From a virus (Duplodnaviria > Heunggongvirae > Uroviricota > Caudoviricetes): DNA of 29,676 bases. The stretch's first letter is position 1; each line of letters starts with the position of its first letter. The notes beneath the pieces were generated by a model. The model worked only from the letters and a program-made list of their open reading frames with translations, was not told the DNA's origin and searched no databases. Positions 1 to 9,985 of the stretch are shown one piece after another. The stretch covers positions 1-29,676 of IMG/VR virus record IMGVR_UViG_2660238507_000002. One strand, written 5' to 3'. A program made the translations under genes and the position numbers.

Positions 1-258
1 ATGCAAACCGTTATTTTTGGTCGTTCGGGTTGCCCTTACTGTGTGCGTGCAAAAGATCTGGCTGAGAAATTGAGCAATGAACGCGATGATTTTCAGTATC
101 AGTATGTAGATATTCGTGCGGAAGGGATCACTAAAGAAGATCTACAACAAAAGGCAGGTAAACCCGTAGAAACCGTGCCGCAGATTTTTGTCGATCAGCA
201 ACATATCGGCGGCTATACCGATTTTGCTGCATGGGTGAAAGAAAATCTGGACGCCTGA
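1..258 (+). CDS. grxA: glutaredoxin 1
   Basis: 85-aa ORF with CPYC dithiol active site (GCPYCVRAK); translation recognised as enterobacterial GrxA; stop TGA at 256-258. Confidence 0.93.
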   Translation: MQTVIFGRSGCPYCVRAKDLAEKLSNERDDFQYQYVDIRAEGITKEDLQQKAGKPVETVPQIFVDQQHIGGYTDFAAWVKENLDA

Positions 259-268
259 TCGTCTGACA

Positions 269-300
269 AGCCCTCGCGTTGAGGGCTTTACTGATTTTTT
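269..300. terminator. hairpin (AGCCCTC..GAGGGCT) followed by T-run, between convergent grxA and ybjM
   Basis: 7-bp GC-rich inverted repeat at 269-287 followed by ttactgatttttt. Confidence 0.5.
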
Positions 301-665
301 CTGTGCTGTGGTTTAAACAAACTACTGATAAATAAGAAACACAGTGCCCCCAGCGCACACCAGAACACCGCGCTTAGTAACCATGCCAGCTCTTGCCAGA
401 ATGAGCGCGTCGGTGAAAAAAACAGCCGCATAATGAGCATCGAACAGGGTGCCGCCAGCATTGCGCCAAACAGAGGTTTCAGGACTTCTCTACGCTGTGA
501 AAAGAAGCTGGCGACTGCTCCAGGAAGAATGAAAAATAGCAAGCCGATTTCAGGATGCCCGGCAGCCCGAAAAGCGCCTTTCATGTGCGTCGCCAGAAAA
601 AGGCACACCACAATGAAGAGGACAAAACAGCAGATTGCCCCCGCCCAACGTTGTTTATGTTTCAC
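288..665 (-). CDS. ybjM: small inner-membrane protein YbjM
   Basis: 125-aa ORF with several hydrophobic helices, convergent with grxA; position and sequence consistent with E. coli ybjM. Confidence 0.8.
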   Translation of the reverse strand: MKHKQRWAGAICCFVLFIVVCLFLATHMKGAFRAAGHPEIGLLFFILPGAVASFFSQRREVLKPLFGAMLAAPCSMLIMRLFFSPTRSFWQELAWLLSAVFWCALGALCFLFISSLFKPQHRKNQ

Positions 666-934
666 TCGTTCCTCCTGACACTGCGTCTATCGAACACATT
701 TTTCGCCAGTGTGGCGTTCAGTAAGATAAAGCCGCTTCGCATTCCATGCTAATATAGGCCAACGCAATTCATATAGCCGTTGATACCTAATGTGATTACA
801 CTAGTAAAATATATTGTTACTTTACTATCGTTTAGGTGCGCTGAATGAATCTGCGCCCTGAATTCTGGTAAAAAACATTATCGTAAATTACCATTTCTTT
901 CAACAGCTTACTAGTAAACAAGAAGTTAGCCTCC

Positions 935-2620
935 GTGAATATAAACGTCGCCGAATTGTTAAATGGGAATTACATTCTGTTATTATTTGTGGTCCTCGCG
1001 CTTGGGCTATGTCTCGGAAAGTTACGACTTGGTTCGATCCAACTGGGTAATTCCATTGGCGTTTTAGTCGTATCGCTGTTATTAGGCCAACAACATTTCA
1101 GCATTAACACCGATGCGCTTAATCTTGGCTTTATGCTGTTTATTTTCTGCGTCGGGGTCGAAGCCGGACCGAACTTTTTTTCCATTTTTTTTCGCGATGG
1201 GAAAAATTACCTAATGTTAGCACTGGTGATGGTTGGCAGTGCGCTGGTGATCGCCTTAGGGTTAGGTAAGCTGTTTGGCTGGGATATTGGCCTGACGGCC
1301 GGTATGTTAGCAGGCTCTATGACGTCGACACCGGTTCTGGTCGGTGCTGGCGATACACTGCGTCATTCCGGCATGGAAAGCAGGCAGCTCTCACTGGCAC
1401 TGGATAATCTGAGCCTCGGGTATGCCTTAACCTATTTAATCGGTCTGGTGAGTTTGATTGTTGGTGCGCGTTACTTGCCGAAATTGCAGCATCAGGACTT
1501 ACAGACCAGCGCCCAGCAAATCGCCCGCGAACGTGGCCTGGACACTGATGCCAACCGTAAGGTTTATTTACCGGTGATCCGCGCCTATCGCGTCGGCCCG
1601 GAACTGGTGGCCTGGACCGACGGCAAAAATCTGCGTGAACTGGGTATTTATCGACAAACCGGCTGCTACATTGAACGTATTCGACGTAACGGGATTCTGG
1701 CAAATCCAGACGGTGATGCCGTGCTACAAATGGGCGATGAAATAGCGTTGGTAGGCTATCCCGACGCCCATGCCCGACTCGATCCCAGCTTCCGTAACGG
1801 TAAAGAAGTTTTCGATCGTGACCTTCTCGACATGCGTATCGTCACTGAAGAAGTGGTCGTTAAAAACCATAACGCTGTAGGTAAACGTCTCGCACAACTG
1901 AAGTTGACCGATCACGGTTGCTTCCTTAACCGCGTCATTCGTAGCCAGATTGAGATGCCGATAGATGACAACGTCGTGCTTAACAAAGGTGACGTTTTAC
2001 AAGTCAGCGGCGATGCCCGCCGCGTAAAAACCATCGCCGATCGCATCGGCTTTATCTCGATTCACAGCCAGGTCACTGACCTGCTGGCATTCTGCGCCTT
2101 CTTTGTTATTGGGCTGATGATCGGGATGATCACCTTCCAGTTCAGCACATTCAGTTTCGGCATGGGGAACGCTGCCGGGTTGTTATTCGCCGGAATTATG
2201 CTGGGCTTTATGCGTGCTAACCACCCGACCTTCGGTTACATTCCGCAAGGTGCATTAAGCATGGTGAAAGAGTTCGGCTTGATGGTGTTTATGGCAGGCG
2301 TTGGTCTGAGCGCCGGTAGCGGTATTAATAACGGCCTGGGCGCGATTGGCGGTCAGATGTTGATTGCCGGATTAATTGTCAGTCTTGTGCCCGTGGTTAT
2401 CTGTTTCTTGTTCGGTGCTTATGTATTGCGAATGAACCGCGCACTGTTGTTCGGCGCAATGATGGGCGCACGCACCTGCGCGCCGGCAATGGAGATCATC
2501 AGTGATACAGCTCGCAGTAACATCCCTGCGCTGGGCTATGCGGGCACCTACGCAATCGCCAACGTCCTGCTGACGCTGGCAGGGACAATCATCGTCATGG
2601 TATGGCCAGGATTAGGATAA
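935..2620 (+). CDS. ybjL: putative AAE-family transporter YbjL
   Basis: 561-aa ORF with GTG start, two hydrophobic membrane domains flanking a soluble central region; translation recognised as YbjL. Confidence 0.9.
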
Positions 2621-2732
2621 AACTGAAGTTGCCCTGAAAATGAAATTTTTTTGCACAACCGCAGAACTTTTCCGCAGGGCATCAGTCTTAATTAGTGCCA
2701 CTGCTTTTCTTTGATGTCCCCATTTTGTGGAG

Positions 2733-2775
2733 CCCATCAACCCCGCCATTTCGGTTCAAGGTTGATGGGTTTTTT
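2733..2775 (+). terminator. rho-independent terminator downstream of ybjL
   Basis: 10-bp perfect inverted repeat CCCATCAACC / GGTTGATGGG (2733-2742, 2760-2769) followed by TTTTTT. Confidence 0.6.
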
Positions 2776-2855
2776 GTTGCCTGAAATTTATGCCTTTTAA
2801 AATCATGTTATTAGAAGCACTGTTTTTTAACGATGGCGACAAAATGGCGGCAGCG

Positions 2856-3074
2856 TCAAAGAGAGAGCGCCACCTGTCCTGATTTCATTGGATGCGGCTG
2901 AACCGGATTTGACTCTTTTGGCGTTGCAATCGAACGAACAAAAGTTTCATGGGTAACAAAAGTATGGCTGCAGTTAATGTTCTGGCACTGGTTGTAACGC
3001 TCTTTGGTCAATGAAGATACCTGAAAACTGCTGCGAGTATGGGCGGCACTTCCACACAGTGGGCAAATCATCAT
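2856..3074 (-). CDS. ogr: late gene transcriptional activator, Ogr/Delta/B family zinc finger
   Basis: 72-aa ORF with CPLC...C...C zinc-finger spacing and TKERYxQCQNxNC motif typical of P2 Ogr / 186 B; GGGGGAG RBS upstream. Confidence 0.9.
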   Translation of the reverse strand: MMICPLCGSAAHTRSSFQVSSLTKERYNQCQNINCSHTFVTHETFVRSIATPKESNPVQPHPMKSGQVALSL

Positions 3075-3165
3075 TTTTCGAGTTCTCCCCCATTTTTGCT
3101 AAATTCACAATAATGATACCGCATTATTCCATTTTGCAAACTTAAAAGTTCTCCATTGCGAAGAA

Positions 3166-4266
3166 TCATTCCATTTCGAAATCATCAATCCTCACTTCAA
3201 GCTCCAGACTGGTCGTAAAACCGTTATCCGGGCTGACGGTATGTGTCAGAGTCGTAATGGTCCATTCCGCATCATCTATCGGCTGTTTAAAACCACTGAC
3301 CTTCACAGGCATTTCCGTGTAGAGATCTGCCCGCCCTTCTGCCAGTTGTAGCGAAAATGACGCAACGCCGCGTTGCAGGCGTTCCCACTGCATTTTCGCC
3401 GCTCGTTCGGCGTTGCTCCGGTTGACATAAGTGCGATTAAGTACCAGCACGTTTTCATCCGTACCCACCAGGTAATCGCCCTGCTTCGCTTCCGGCTCTT
3501 TCTTCTGCTTCTTAGTCCTGCGCTTACGCTTCACCGTAGTGCTTTCTTTCTTCGCGGGTTCGCGGGTATGCAACCAGCTGGCAATTACGCCCGTATAGGC
3601 TCCGCGATCTGCCAGGGTAAAGCGGTGACTGTCGCCGTCCTTACGTGTGATAGTGATCACCGGCAGTGGTTTACCGCTGGCACTTTTACCCTGTCCCTGC
3701 CGGATGAATAACAGATTGCCATTTTTCACTGACGCAATAGCACCGTACTGGCGCGCCAGCCGCATCAGAAAACTGCCGTCACTCTCATTAGTCTGGTCTA
3801 TATGTTCCACGGGCTTATCCGACAGGTCTTTACCCAGTGCCATCTTCAGCTTGTGACGCGCAGCTATTTCCTTCACCACTTCCCCAACGGTGGTCTTGTG
3901 CCACGACTTTTCACGGCGGGTATTCAGCGTTTCCCGAAAATCAGCACTTCGCGCCCGGATAGTCAGGCGGTCCGGTGCGCCAGTGTGTTCAATCTCGTCC
4001 ACCGTGAATGCCCCTTTCGGGAAAAGCGGCTGCCCCTTCCAGCCCAGCGCCAGCGTAATGACCGCACCACGGCGCGGCAGCGCTATTTTTCCATCGGCGT
4101 CGTCCAGCTCCAGATCAAGCTGGTCCGCTTCAAAGCCCCGGTTATCCGTCAGCGTCAGCCTCATCAGGCGGTTATCCAGCACAGTGGTGATATCCCTGCC
4201 CTCAATACTGATGCTGAATGCGGGAGTTTTGTTGCCTTTGTTAAGCAGTTCAGAGCTGAAATTCAC
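3166..4266 (-). CDS. D: tail protein D (late control gene D)
   Basis: 366-aa ORF immediately upstream of ogr and overlapping U stop/start; position and composition match P2 gpD. Confidence 0.8.
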   Translation of the reverse strand: MNFSSELLNKGNKTPAFSISIEGRDITTVLDNRLMRLTLTDNRGFEADQLDLELDDADGKIALPRRGAVITLALGWKGQPLFPKGAFTVDEIEHTGAPDRLTIRARSADFRETLNTRREKSWHKTTVGEVVKEIAARHKLKMALGKDLSDKPVEHIDQTNESDGSFLMRLARQYGAIASVKNGNLLFIRQGQGKSASGKPLPVITITRKDGDSHRFTLADRGAYTGVIASWLHTREPAKKESTTVKRKRRTKKQKKEPEAKQGDYLVGTDENVLVLNRTYVNRSNAERAAKMQWERLQRGVASFSLQLAEGRADLYTEMPVKVSGFKQPIDDAEWTITTLTHTVSPDNGFTTSLELEVRIDDFEME

Positions 4267-4748
4267 GACAGCAGCCCTCCCACCGTTTTACTGATATCAC
4301 TTAAGGCAGATGTTGCCGTGTCCTGCAGATTATTCAGTTGCGTACTGAGATCACCGAACATATCGGACAGGGATTCATCCACCCGTTTGAGCGACAGGGT
4401 GAACTCAATCCGGCGCGGCATACCGTCGCGGAAAAACTCCGTTTTAGTCAGATTCAGTCCCTCAATCACATACATGCCGTAAATCGTGCCGCTGCCTTCA
4501 ATCAGGGGCCATGCTTTTCCCTGTTCTGCCATCTGCTCCAGAGCCAGCAACGACAGCCTGCCGCCCGTTATCTCCGGCATAAGAACACCAGAAAGCGTCA
4601 GCATATCGTTGTCCGGTCCCAGAAACTGCGTGGATGGACGACGGTTTACCCGGCTGTTTGCCGCATGTCGCCAGCTGCGTTGATACTGCAGTTCCTGATA
4701 CGGAACGGTGCGCAGCATAAACACGTACAATCCCAGCACCATCATCAT
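4263..4748 (-). CDS. U: tail protein U
   Basis: 161-aa ORF between T and D, size and position as P2 gpU; start overlaps T stop. Confidence 0.8.
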   Translation of the reverse strand: MMMVLGLYVFMLRTVPYQELQYQRSWRHAANSRVNRRPSTQFLGPDNDMLTLSGVLMPEITGGRLSLLALEQMAEQGKAWPLIEGSGTIYGMYVIEGLNLTKTEFFRDGMPRRIEFTLSLKRVDESLSDMFGDLSTQLNNLQDTATSALSDISKTVGGLLS

Positions 4749-5308
4749 GCGTCGTATCCCCCCTGATCGCTGTAGTTACTCCTGGCTTTTGCCTTCAGCC
4801 TGCGTTCACGTTCATCAAGCTGGCGTGCCACCTCCCGCGCAATATCCTGCGCACTTTGTCCTGGCTGCGTCTGAATGATGATCTGCGTCGGTGCCTCAAT
4901 CCGGTGAACGGGCGGCACAGTGGCTGCACGACTCACCATCGCTTCGCCGCCTTTCGCGGGAAGTGCCAAAGGATGCAACGGTGGAAGCTCTGCAGGCGCG
5001 GCAGCAACGCCCATCATTCCGGCAACAACGGCAGCCAGTGCAGCTGTATTTCTCCGGCTGGTCACATTTGCCGGGCCGTTAACAATTTCCGGCCCGTTTT
5101 CACCGACGATGCCAAACTGCCCGCGCGGGATATAGCCGCCGCTGTCATACATCCCCGCAAAGCCATATCCCCATGATGGAAAACCACCCGATGGCATCAT
5201 CACTTTAGCTGGCGCTCCACTGGCACTGCTGCGACGCGGGCTTGCTTCATCGGGCAACGCAGCGGGTTTACTTACTGCGCCGTTGTCGTCTTTGCGCCGC
5301 ACGGCATC
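4745..5308 (-). pseudogene. T: tail tape measure protein, C-terminal segment
   Basis: Minus-strand frame encodes tape-measure C-terminus (..SGGYIPRGQFGIVGENGPEIVNGPANVTSRR..IIIQTQPGQSAQDIAREVARQLDERERR..); upstream of about 5310 this frame stops looking like protein. Confidence 0.7.
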
Positions 5309-5980
5309 ACTGACGGGGAATGTCCTGAAAACTGTAGCAGGTGTGCCGGTTGCACTGTTGCGGTCTGGATTATCCGGTTTACGTGCTGTTGCTGTGATGT
5401 TTATGAATCCACTGGCAGCACTACGCGGTGGACTGGCTGCCGCAGGCGCGGTGCTGCGAGTACTGGCATCCGGTCCGCTGGCGATGCTGCGCGTTGCCCT
5501 GTATGCCATATCTGGTCTGTTAGGTGCTCTGCTCAGTCCGATAGGTCTTGTGGTTACTGCACTGGCGGGCGTGGCGCTGGTTGTCTGGAAATACTGGCAA
5601 CCCATCACCGCATTTCTCGCTGGTGTGGTGGAAGGATTCAAAGCGGCGGCAGGTCCCATCAGTGCTGCATTCGAACCACTTAAGCCTGTGTTTCAGTGGA
5701 TTGGCGACAAAGTGCAGGCGTTGTGGGGTTGGTTTACTGATCTGCTGACGCCTGTTAAATCGACCTCTGCCGAACTGCAGAGCGCAGCGGCAATGGGGCG
5801 ACGATTCGGGGAGGCTCTGGCGGAGGGGCTGAATATGGTCATGCATCCGCTGGACTCCCTGAAATCCGGTGTTTCCTGGTTGCTGGATAAACTCGGCATT
5901 GTCAGTAAAGAAGCTGCAAAGGCGAAACTGCCGGAAAGCGTGACGCGTCAGCAACCTGCGACGGTGAATGCAGACGGTAA
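5283..5980 (+). pseudogene. T: tape-measure-like coding segment on the opposite strand (apparent internal inversion of T)
   Basis: Plus-strand frame gives protein-like, tape-measure-like sequence (..LVVTALAGVALVVWKYWQPITAFLAGVVEGFKAAAGPISAAFEPLKPVFQWIGDKVQALWGWFTDLLTPVKSTSAELQSAAAMGRRFGEALAEGL..) while no minus-strand frame here is both open and protein-like; boundaries approximate. Confidence 0.55.
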
Positions 5981-7822
5981 CCAGGACAACGCGCTGCTGG
6001 TTCGTGTTACTACTGCCGTAACGGAAGGTAACGTTTTGATACCCAGCACAGAGAATCCCAGACGGATGACTGCCAGCGGCCCCAGCACTGCAGCCAGCGC
6101 CACCGCTAAGGTGCCGAGGCCTAGGGTAACCGCAGCCACAACAGCCGCTACTTTCATCAGTGTGCCTGTCAGTTCCGGGTTAGCTTCCACCCAGCGGCGC
6201 AACGCCCCCGTGATGCTTTTCACCGTGTACAGAATATCCATCAGCGGCTGGCGCAGCGTTTCGCCCAGGCTGCTGAAGGTATTCTGTGCAGTGGTTTTGA
6301 CCAGCAACCACTGCGCAGAAAGTGAATCCTTGTTAATGTCGGATTCTTTCTGCATGGAGCCGAGCGCATCATTGCCCGCTGTCAGTTTTAGCTGGCGCTG
6401 TAGTTCCGGCAGGTTGTTTGCCAGTTTCGCCGCGTCATCGCCAAACTCTTTACCAAACAACATAGTCATGGCAGACAGACGCTTGTCCTGCGGCAGTGCG
6501 TTCACCTTCTCCAGCACACGCTGGATAGTTCCCATCGCATCCTTCGTCATCTGCTTTTCAATCACTTCAGGATTGAGTTTCAGCAGATTCATCCCTTCAA
6601 AGAAACTCTTGCTCTGCATGGTGGCAATGGACAATTCACGCACCATCGCGTTTGCTGCACTGGCTGCAACCTCCGGCGCAGCGCCCAGTGTCAGAAAGGT
6701 GGAACCCAGCGCCGCCGCTTTACGATAATCCAGACGGTCCGCCACACCGCCCAGACGTTGCATGACATCAATAATGTCTGCCCCTTTCGACATGGCGTTA
6801 TCATCCAGATAGTTCAGCGCATCACCTAGCTGTTCAATATTGCGGGTAGGGATTTTGTAGAGCTGGGCGATTTTCCCCAGACTTTCTGACAGTTCATCCG
6901 CTGGCAGCTCAAAGGCTGTTGCCGCCTTTGCTGCTGTGCTGGCGAAGGCCAGCAGATCACGTTTCTGGTCTTCCCAGCTGTCGTCAGGGTTTGCGACGTT
7001 CATGCGCGCACCACCTTCAACCAGTGCAGCGAAGTCCACAGCACCGTTTTCCATCGGCAACTGTTCGCTGGCAGCCTTGATGGCATCCTGCATTTCATAA
7101 AAACGTGCAGTGCGGTTGCCATTATCGTCACGCAGACCATTGACCTGCTTTGCCACACCTTTCATGGCATCTTCTATGCTGGTATAGCTTTTTACTGCCG
7201 CCATCACTGGCGTCCCCATTGCCAACCCTGCAGCCGTGGTAGTGGCTCCGGCTCCTGCAATACGATCGCGCACCTCCAGCGAACGGGCATAACTGGCACG
7301 CGCCGCATTCATCCTGCGCTGAGCTTCCCCCAGTCGCTTCAGCCGCGCCTCCTGTTTCGACAGTTCCTGGTTATAACGTGATGTTTCACGGGCTAAACGG
7401 GCAGTTGCTCCCGCATCATCTTTCGCAGAAATTCCCGCCCGGTACAGTTCTGCACGCACAAGCGCCGTTTGCTTCTGCAAATATTTTTGTTGTTCTTCCA
7501 GGCGTTGGACTGCCAGCGTTTGCCGACCTAAAGCCACAAGGTGCCGTTGTGATGGTTGTTCCATCGCTTCCAGCTCAGAACTAAGCAAATTTGCCTTCTG
7601 TCTGGCATAGTTCAGCCTGTCGCCTAACTTTTTGTTATCGGCCTGCAGCTTGCGAAATTTTTCCAGGCTGTTACCCGCCTGATTGAGTTGCTTTAATGCG
7701 TCACGGGAGTTTCTGATTGCGCCAGCCAGCTCTTTCGAACTGGCCTGTGCAGCACGGAATGGGCGGGTGAGTTTGTCAACCGCATTAAGAATGACCTGCA
7801 GGCGCAGGTTATTATCACTCAT
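5948..7822 (-). pseudogene. T: tail tape measure protein, N-terminal segment (624 codons, ends at in-frame stop)
   Basis: Long Ala/Leu/Gln/Arg-rich coiled-coil-like ORF starting MSDNNLRLQV, followed by hydrophobic stretch; start overlaps E' stop (ATGAGTGA). Confidence 0.75.
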
Positions 7823-7994
7823 CGTTGGCCCCGCTTCTCTGAATCGCTTTATACCGCCATTCCAGCACTTCGGTCAGCGGCATAACGTCAGTAACGGATG
7901 GCGGCCAGTGAAAAATGGTGGCGATATCTGCCACCAGATCGTCAACCGTCAGGCTGTCGGTAAACCGGCAAGCACCGACTTCTTCAACAAAAAA
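7815..7994 (-). CDS. E': E' extension produced by -1 programmed frameshift (E+E')
   Basis: TTTTTTG slippery heptamer on minus strand at 7988-7994 near the E 3' end; -1 frame stays open about 58 codons and terminates at TGA overlapping the T start codon. Confidence 0.6.
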   Translation of the reverse strand, partial: FFVEEVGACRFTDSLTVDDLVADIATIFHWPPSVTDVMPLTEVLEWRYKAIQRSGANDE

Positions 7995-8251
7995 GTGACA
8001 ACCTCAACCGACATGGCAGTGAGATCTGCCGGGTCCATCTCTGCAATTTCCTGTGCAGTCAGTGCCGGACTGGAAATGCGGGGGATCACGGTCATCATCG
8101 CGTTCACATCCATATCCATAATGGCCTGCAGGCGTGTACCGCGCAGCGCACCGGACTGCGGTTTACGCAACACAATTTCGGTAATTTCTGTTTTACCGCG
8201 CATGATGGGGGTATCCAGTTGAATGGTCTTTTCAGTCTGCTTATCGTTCAT
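7949..8251 (-). CDS. E: tail assembly chaperone E
   Basis: ORF directly upstream of T as in P2; ends with slippery heptamer. Confidence 0.75.
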   Translation of the reverse strand: MNDKQTEKTIQLDTPIMRGKTEITEIVLRKPQSGALRGTRLQAIMDMDVNAMMTVIPRISSPALTAQEIAEMDPADLTAMSVEVVTFLLKKSVLAGLPTA

Positions 8252-8305
8252 TTTGTTGTCCTGTAAATTGGGTTCTGGCGCGGTATCCCGCGCCGTTCAG
8301 ATAGA

Positions 8306-8821
8306 TCAGAGGCCGAGGGCGTTGCGGTGCGCTTCCATCAGGTCCACACCGTCCACAATTTCCACCATGTTGATAAGGTCCACTTCATAGAGCACCTCAC
8401 CATTGATGGTCAGCTTCGCGTAGCTGTTGGTACTGGTCACTTTGGTGGTGTTGCTTTCGCCCGTCTTCCACTCGCCGGAATCCACTTCTTTGTGACGTCC
8501 ACGCACCACAAGCTCCACGGCCTGCACTTCTCCGGTATCGTCACGCTGGATAGAGCCGGTAAAGCGCAACTGGATGCCATCCACCGTGGCTTTGCCCATC
8601 TGCTTAAACAGCAGCAGTTCAGTACCACCAATGGAAAATTCTGTGTCCAGAGCACTGTCATCCAGTCCCAGATCCACATCCACTGCACCCGGCATTCCGC
8701 CGCCGCGATACTTCTCATATTTGCGGGTGAATTTCGGCAGCGTCAGCGACTCAACGATCCCCTGCCAGTTGTTCCCGTCGTTAAACAGGTTCAGGTGTTT
8801 TAATTTGCGTGGTAAAGCCAT
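8306..8821 (-). CDS. FII: tail tube protein FII
   Basis: 171-aa ORF, size/position and sequence as P2 gpFII. Confidence 0.85.
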   Translation of the reverse strand: MALPRKLKHLNLFNDGNNWQGIVESLTLPKFTRKYEKYRGGGMPGAVDVDLGLDDSALDTEFSIGGTELLLFKQMGKATVDGIQLRFTGSIQRDDTGEVQAVELVVRGRHKEVDSGEWKTGESNTTKVTSTNSYAKLTINGEVLYEVDLINMVEIVDGVDLMEAHRNALGL

Positions 8822-8830
8822 GTTGTCCCC

Positions 8831-9427
8831 TTACGCGCTGACCTGGCTGGAGAAATTCACCAGGTACTGATCGGTGATGCGCTGACGCAGCATCAGGTTT
8901 TCAAGTGGCGGCACTGGTGTGTAGTCGTAGTCGATGGTGAGTTTTCCAGCTTTCAGAGTGTCTTTGTCGTTCACCGACTCATCCAGCCAGCAATCGCCAC
9001 CAATGAGATAGCCCTGACTGATCAGGCTGCGCATTTTGGCGCGGATACCTTCGATAATGTCGCGGGCCAGCGACGGATTCAGCGGTTTATCGACCGCCCA
9101 CATTGGCGCTTCTGCCATCGTGTCCATCAGCACCTGCGCCGTGCGGGTGTAGTTTTCGAAGGCAAAGAGTGGGTCATCACTCAGGCAGCGGGAACCCCAG
9201 AAGCGGAAACCGTCTTTACGCACAAGCGTGGTGACGTCGTTCTGGTTCAGCAGACCTGCATCAGTTGCCGGGTCCTGCAGATCCCAGAACACATCAGCAG
9301 AAATTCCGGTGACACCGTTCACGCCCACGTTGGACAGGCTTTTGTGCCACCCTGTCTGCTCATCAATTTTGGCACGCAGACCAAGCGCACGGGCGGTGGC
9401 ATATGCCGTTGCGTCGGCATTCAGCAC
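8831..9427 (-). pseudogene. FI: tail sheath protein FI, C-terminal half only
   Basis: 198-codon frame where a ~396-aa sheath gene is expected; ends ..[18 protein letters not shown] like P2 FI C-terminus. Confidence 0.7.
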
Positions 9428-9669
9428 CGTGTCCCAGCCAGTACAGCCTTCACTGCCTTCGGTGTTGCGGCCAGTATTTCGGATTCACTGTTGGTCGCAC
9501 TGCTTAACTGAGTAAAACCTTTTGCGGTCAGCGAGGCGTCCGGGTGACGTCGTGACTGTTCGTGCTCTGATATTTTGTCATCCACATACTTGCGAGTTGC
9601 CAGTACTACAGCAGGGTCGATTTTCAGGGTGATATTGTCCGTGCTGCTGGTAATCAACACCATACGCAC
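9421..9669 (-). pseudogene. H: tail fibre protein H, short internal fragment
   Basis: 82-codon frame containing [49 protein letters not shown], the conserved N-proximal tail-fibre repeat of P2 H and relatives. Confidence 0.7.
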
Positions 9670-9917
9670 GGTCTGGGTAACGCAAAGGCGGTTTCCAGAT
9701 TGCCGCCCAGACTCAGCAGCACCACCTGCTCACCTTCCGATGGTCGCCACCATGTCCGGGCATTCCCGGCACGCAGGGTCAGCCAGCTGATCCAGTTGGT
9801 TTCTAAGTCGCCTGTTTTCACCCGGCAAAGCCAGTTTTCCCGGTCCACTTCGGTGACTACCCCAGTGCGGATCAGGTTGGTGATAAGGCGCATGATTTCG
9901 GTTAATTGTGCGTTCAT
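9654..9917 (-). pseudogene. V: baseplate spike protein V, N-terminal fragment
   Basis: 87-codon frame matching gpV N-terminus (..IRTGVVTEVD..CRVKTGDLETNWISWLTLRAGNARTWWRPSEGEQV..), then frame change and stop. Confidence 0.7.
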
Positions 9918-9963
9918 AGGGAAAGGTTGCCATCAGGGGAAGAAAGGCGGCAGTGCTGCAACT

Positions 9964-9981
9964 TGTATCAGTGCTGATACA
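9964..9981. promoter_or_regulatory. Ogr/B activator binding site (TGT-N12-ACA) of the V-operon late promoter
   Basis: TGTATCAGTGCTGATACA, a perfect-dyad TGT-N12-ACA element between S and V. Confidence 0.6.
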
Positions 9982-9985
9982 AAAA

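Noticed and set aside
433-752. Plus-strand ORFs overlapping ybjM
   Set aside because: Antisense to the membrane protein gene; basic, low-complexity translations with no RBS
3373-4766. Plus-strand ORFs of 112-226 aa overlapping genes D and U
   Set aside because: Translations are Arg/Ser/Pro/Cys-rich and low-complexity; they are the antisense of well-supported minus-strand phage genes in a GC-biased region
5200-5990. Flanking inverted repeats that would mark a site-specific invertible segment in T (Gin/Cin/Pin-like)
   Set aside because: Only weak, imperfect matches (for example TGCTGCGACGCG versus CGCGTCAGCAA) at the approximate boundaries and no invertase gene nearby; programmed inversion is not supported
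5980-6728. Continuation of the long plus-strand ORF 5283..6728 beyond the putative inverted block
   Set aside because: From about 5980 onward the plus-strand translation becomes Ser/Thr/Arg/Pro-rich nonsense and is exactly antisense to the convincing minus-strand T N-terminal segment
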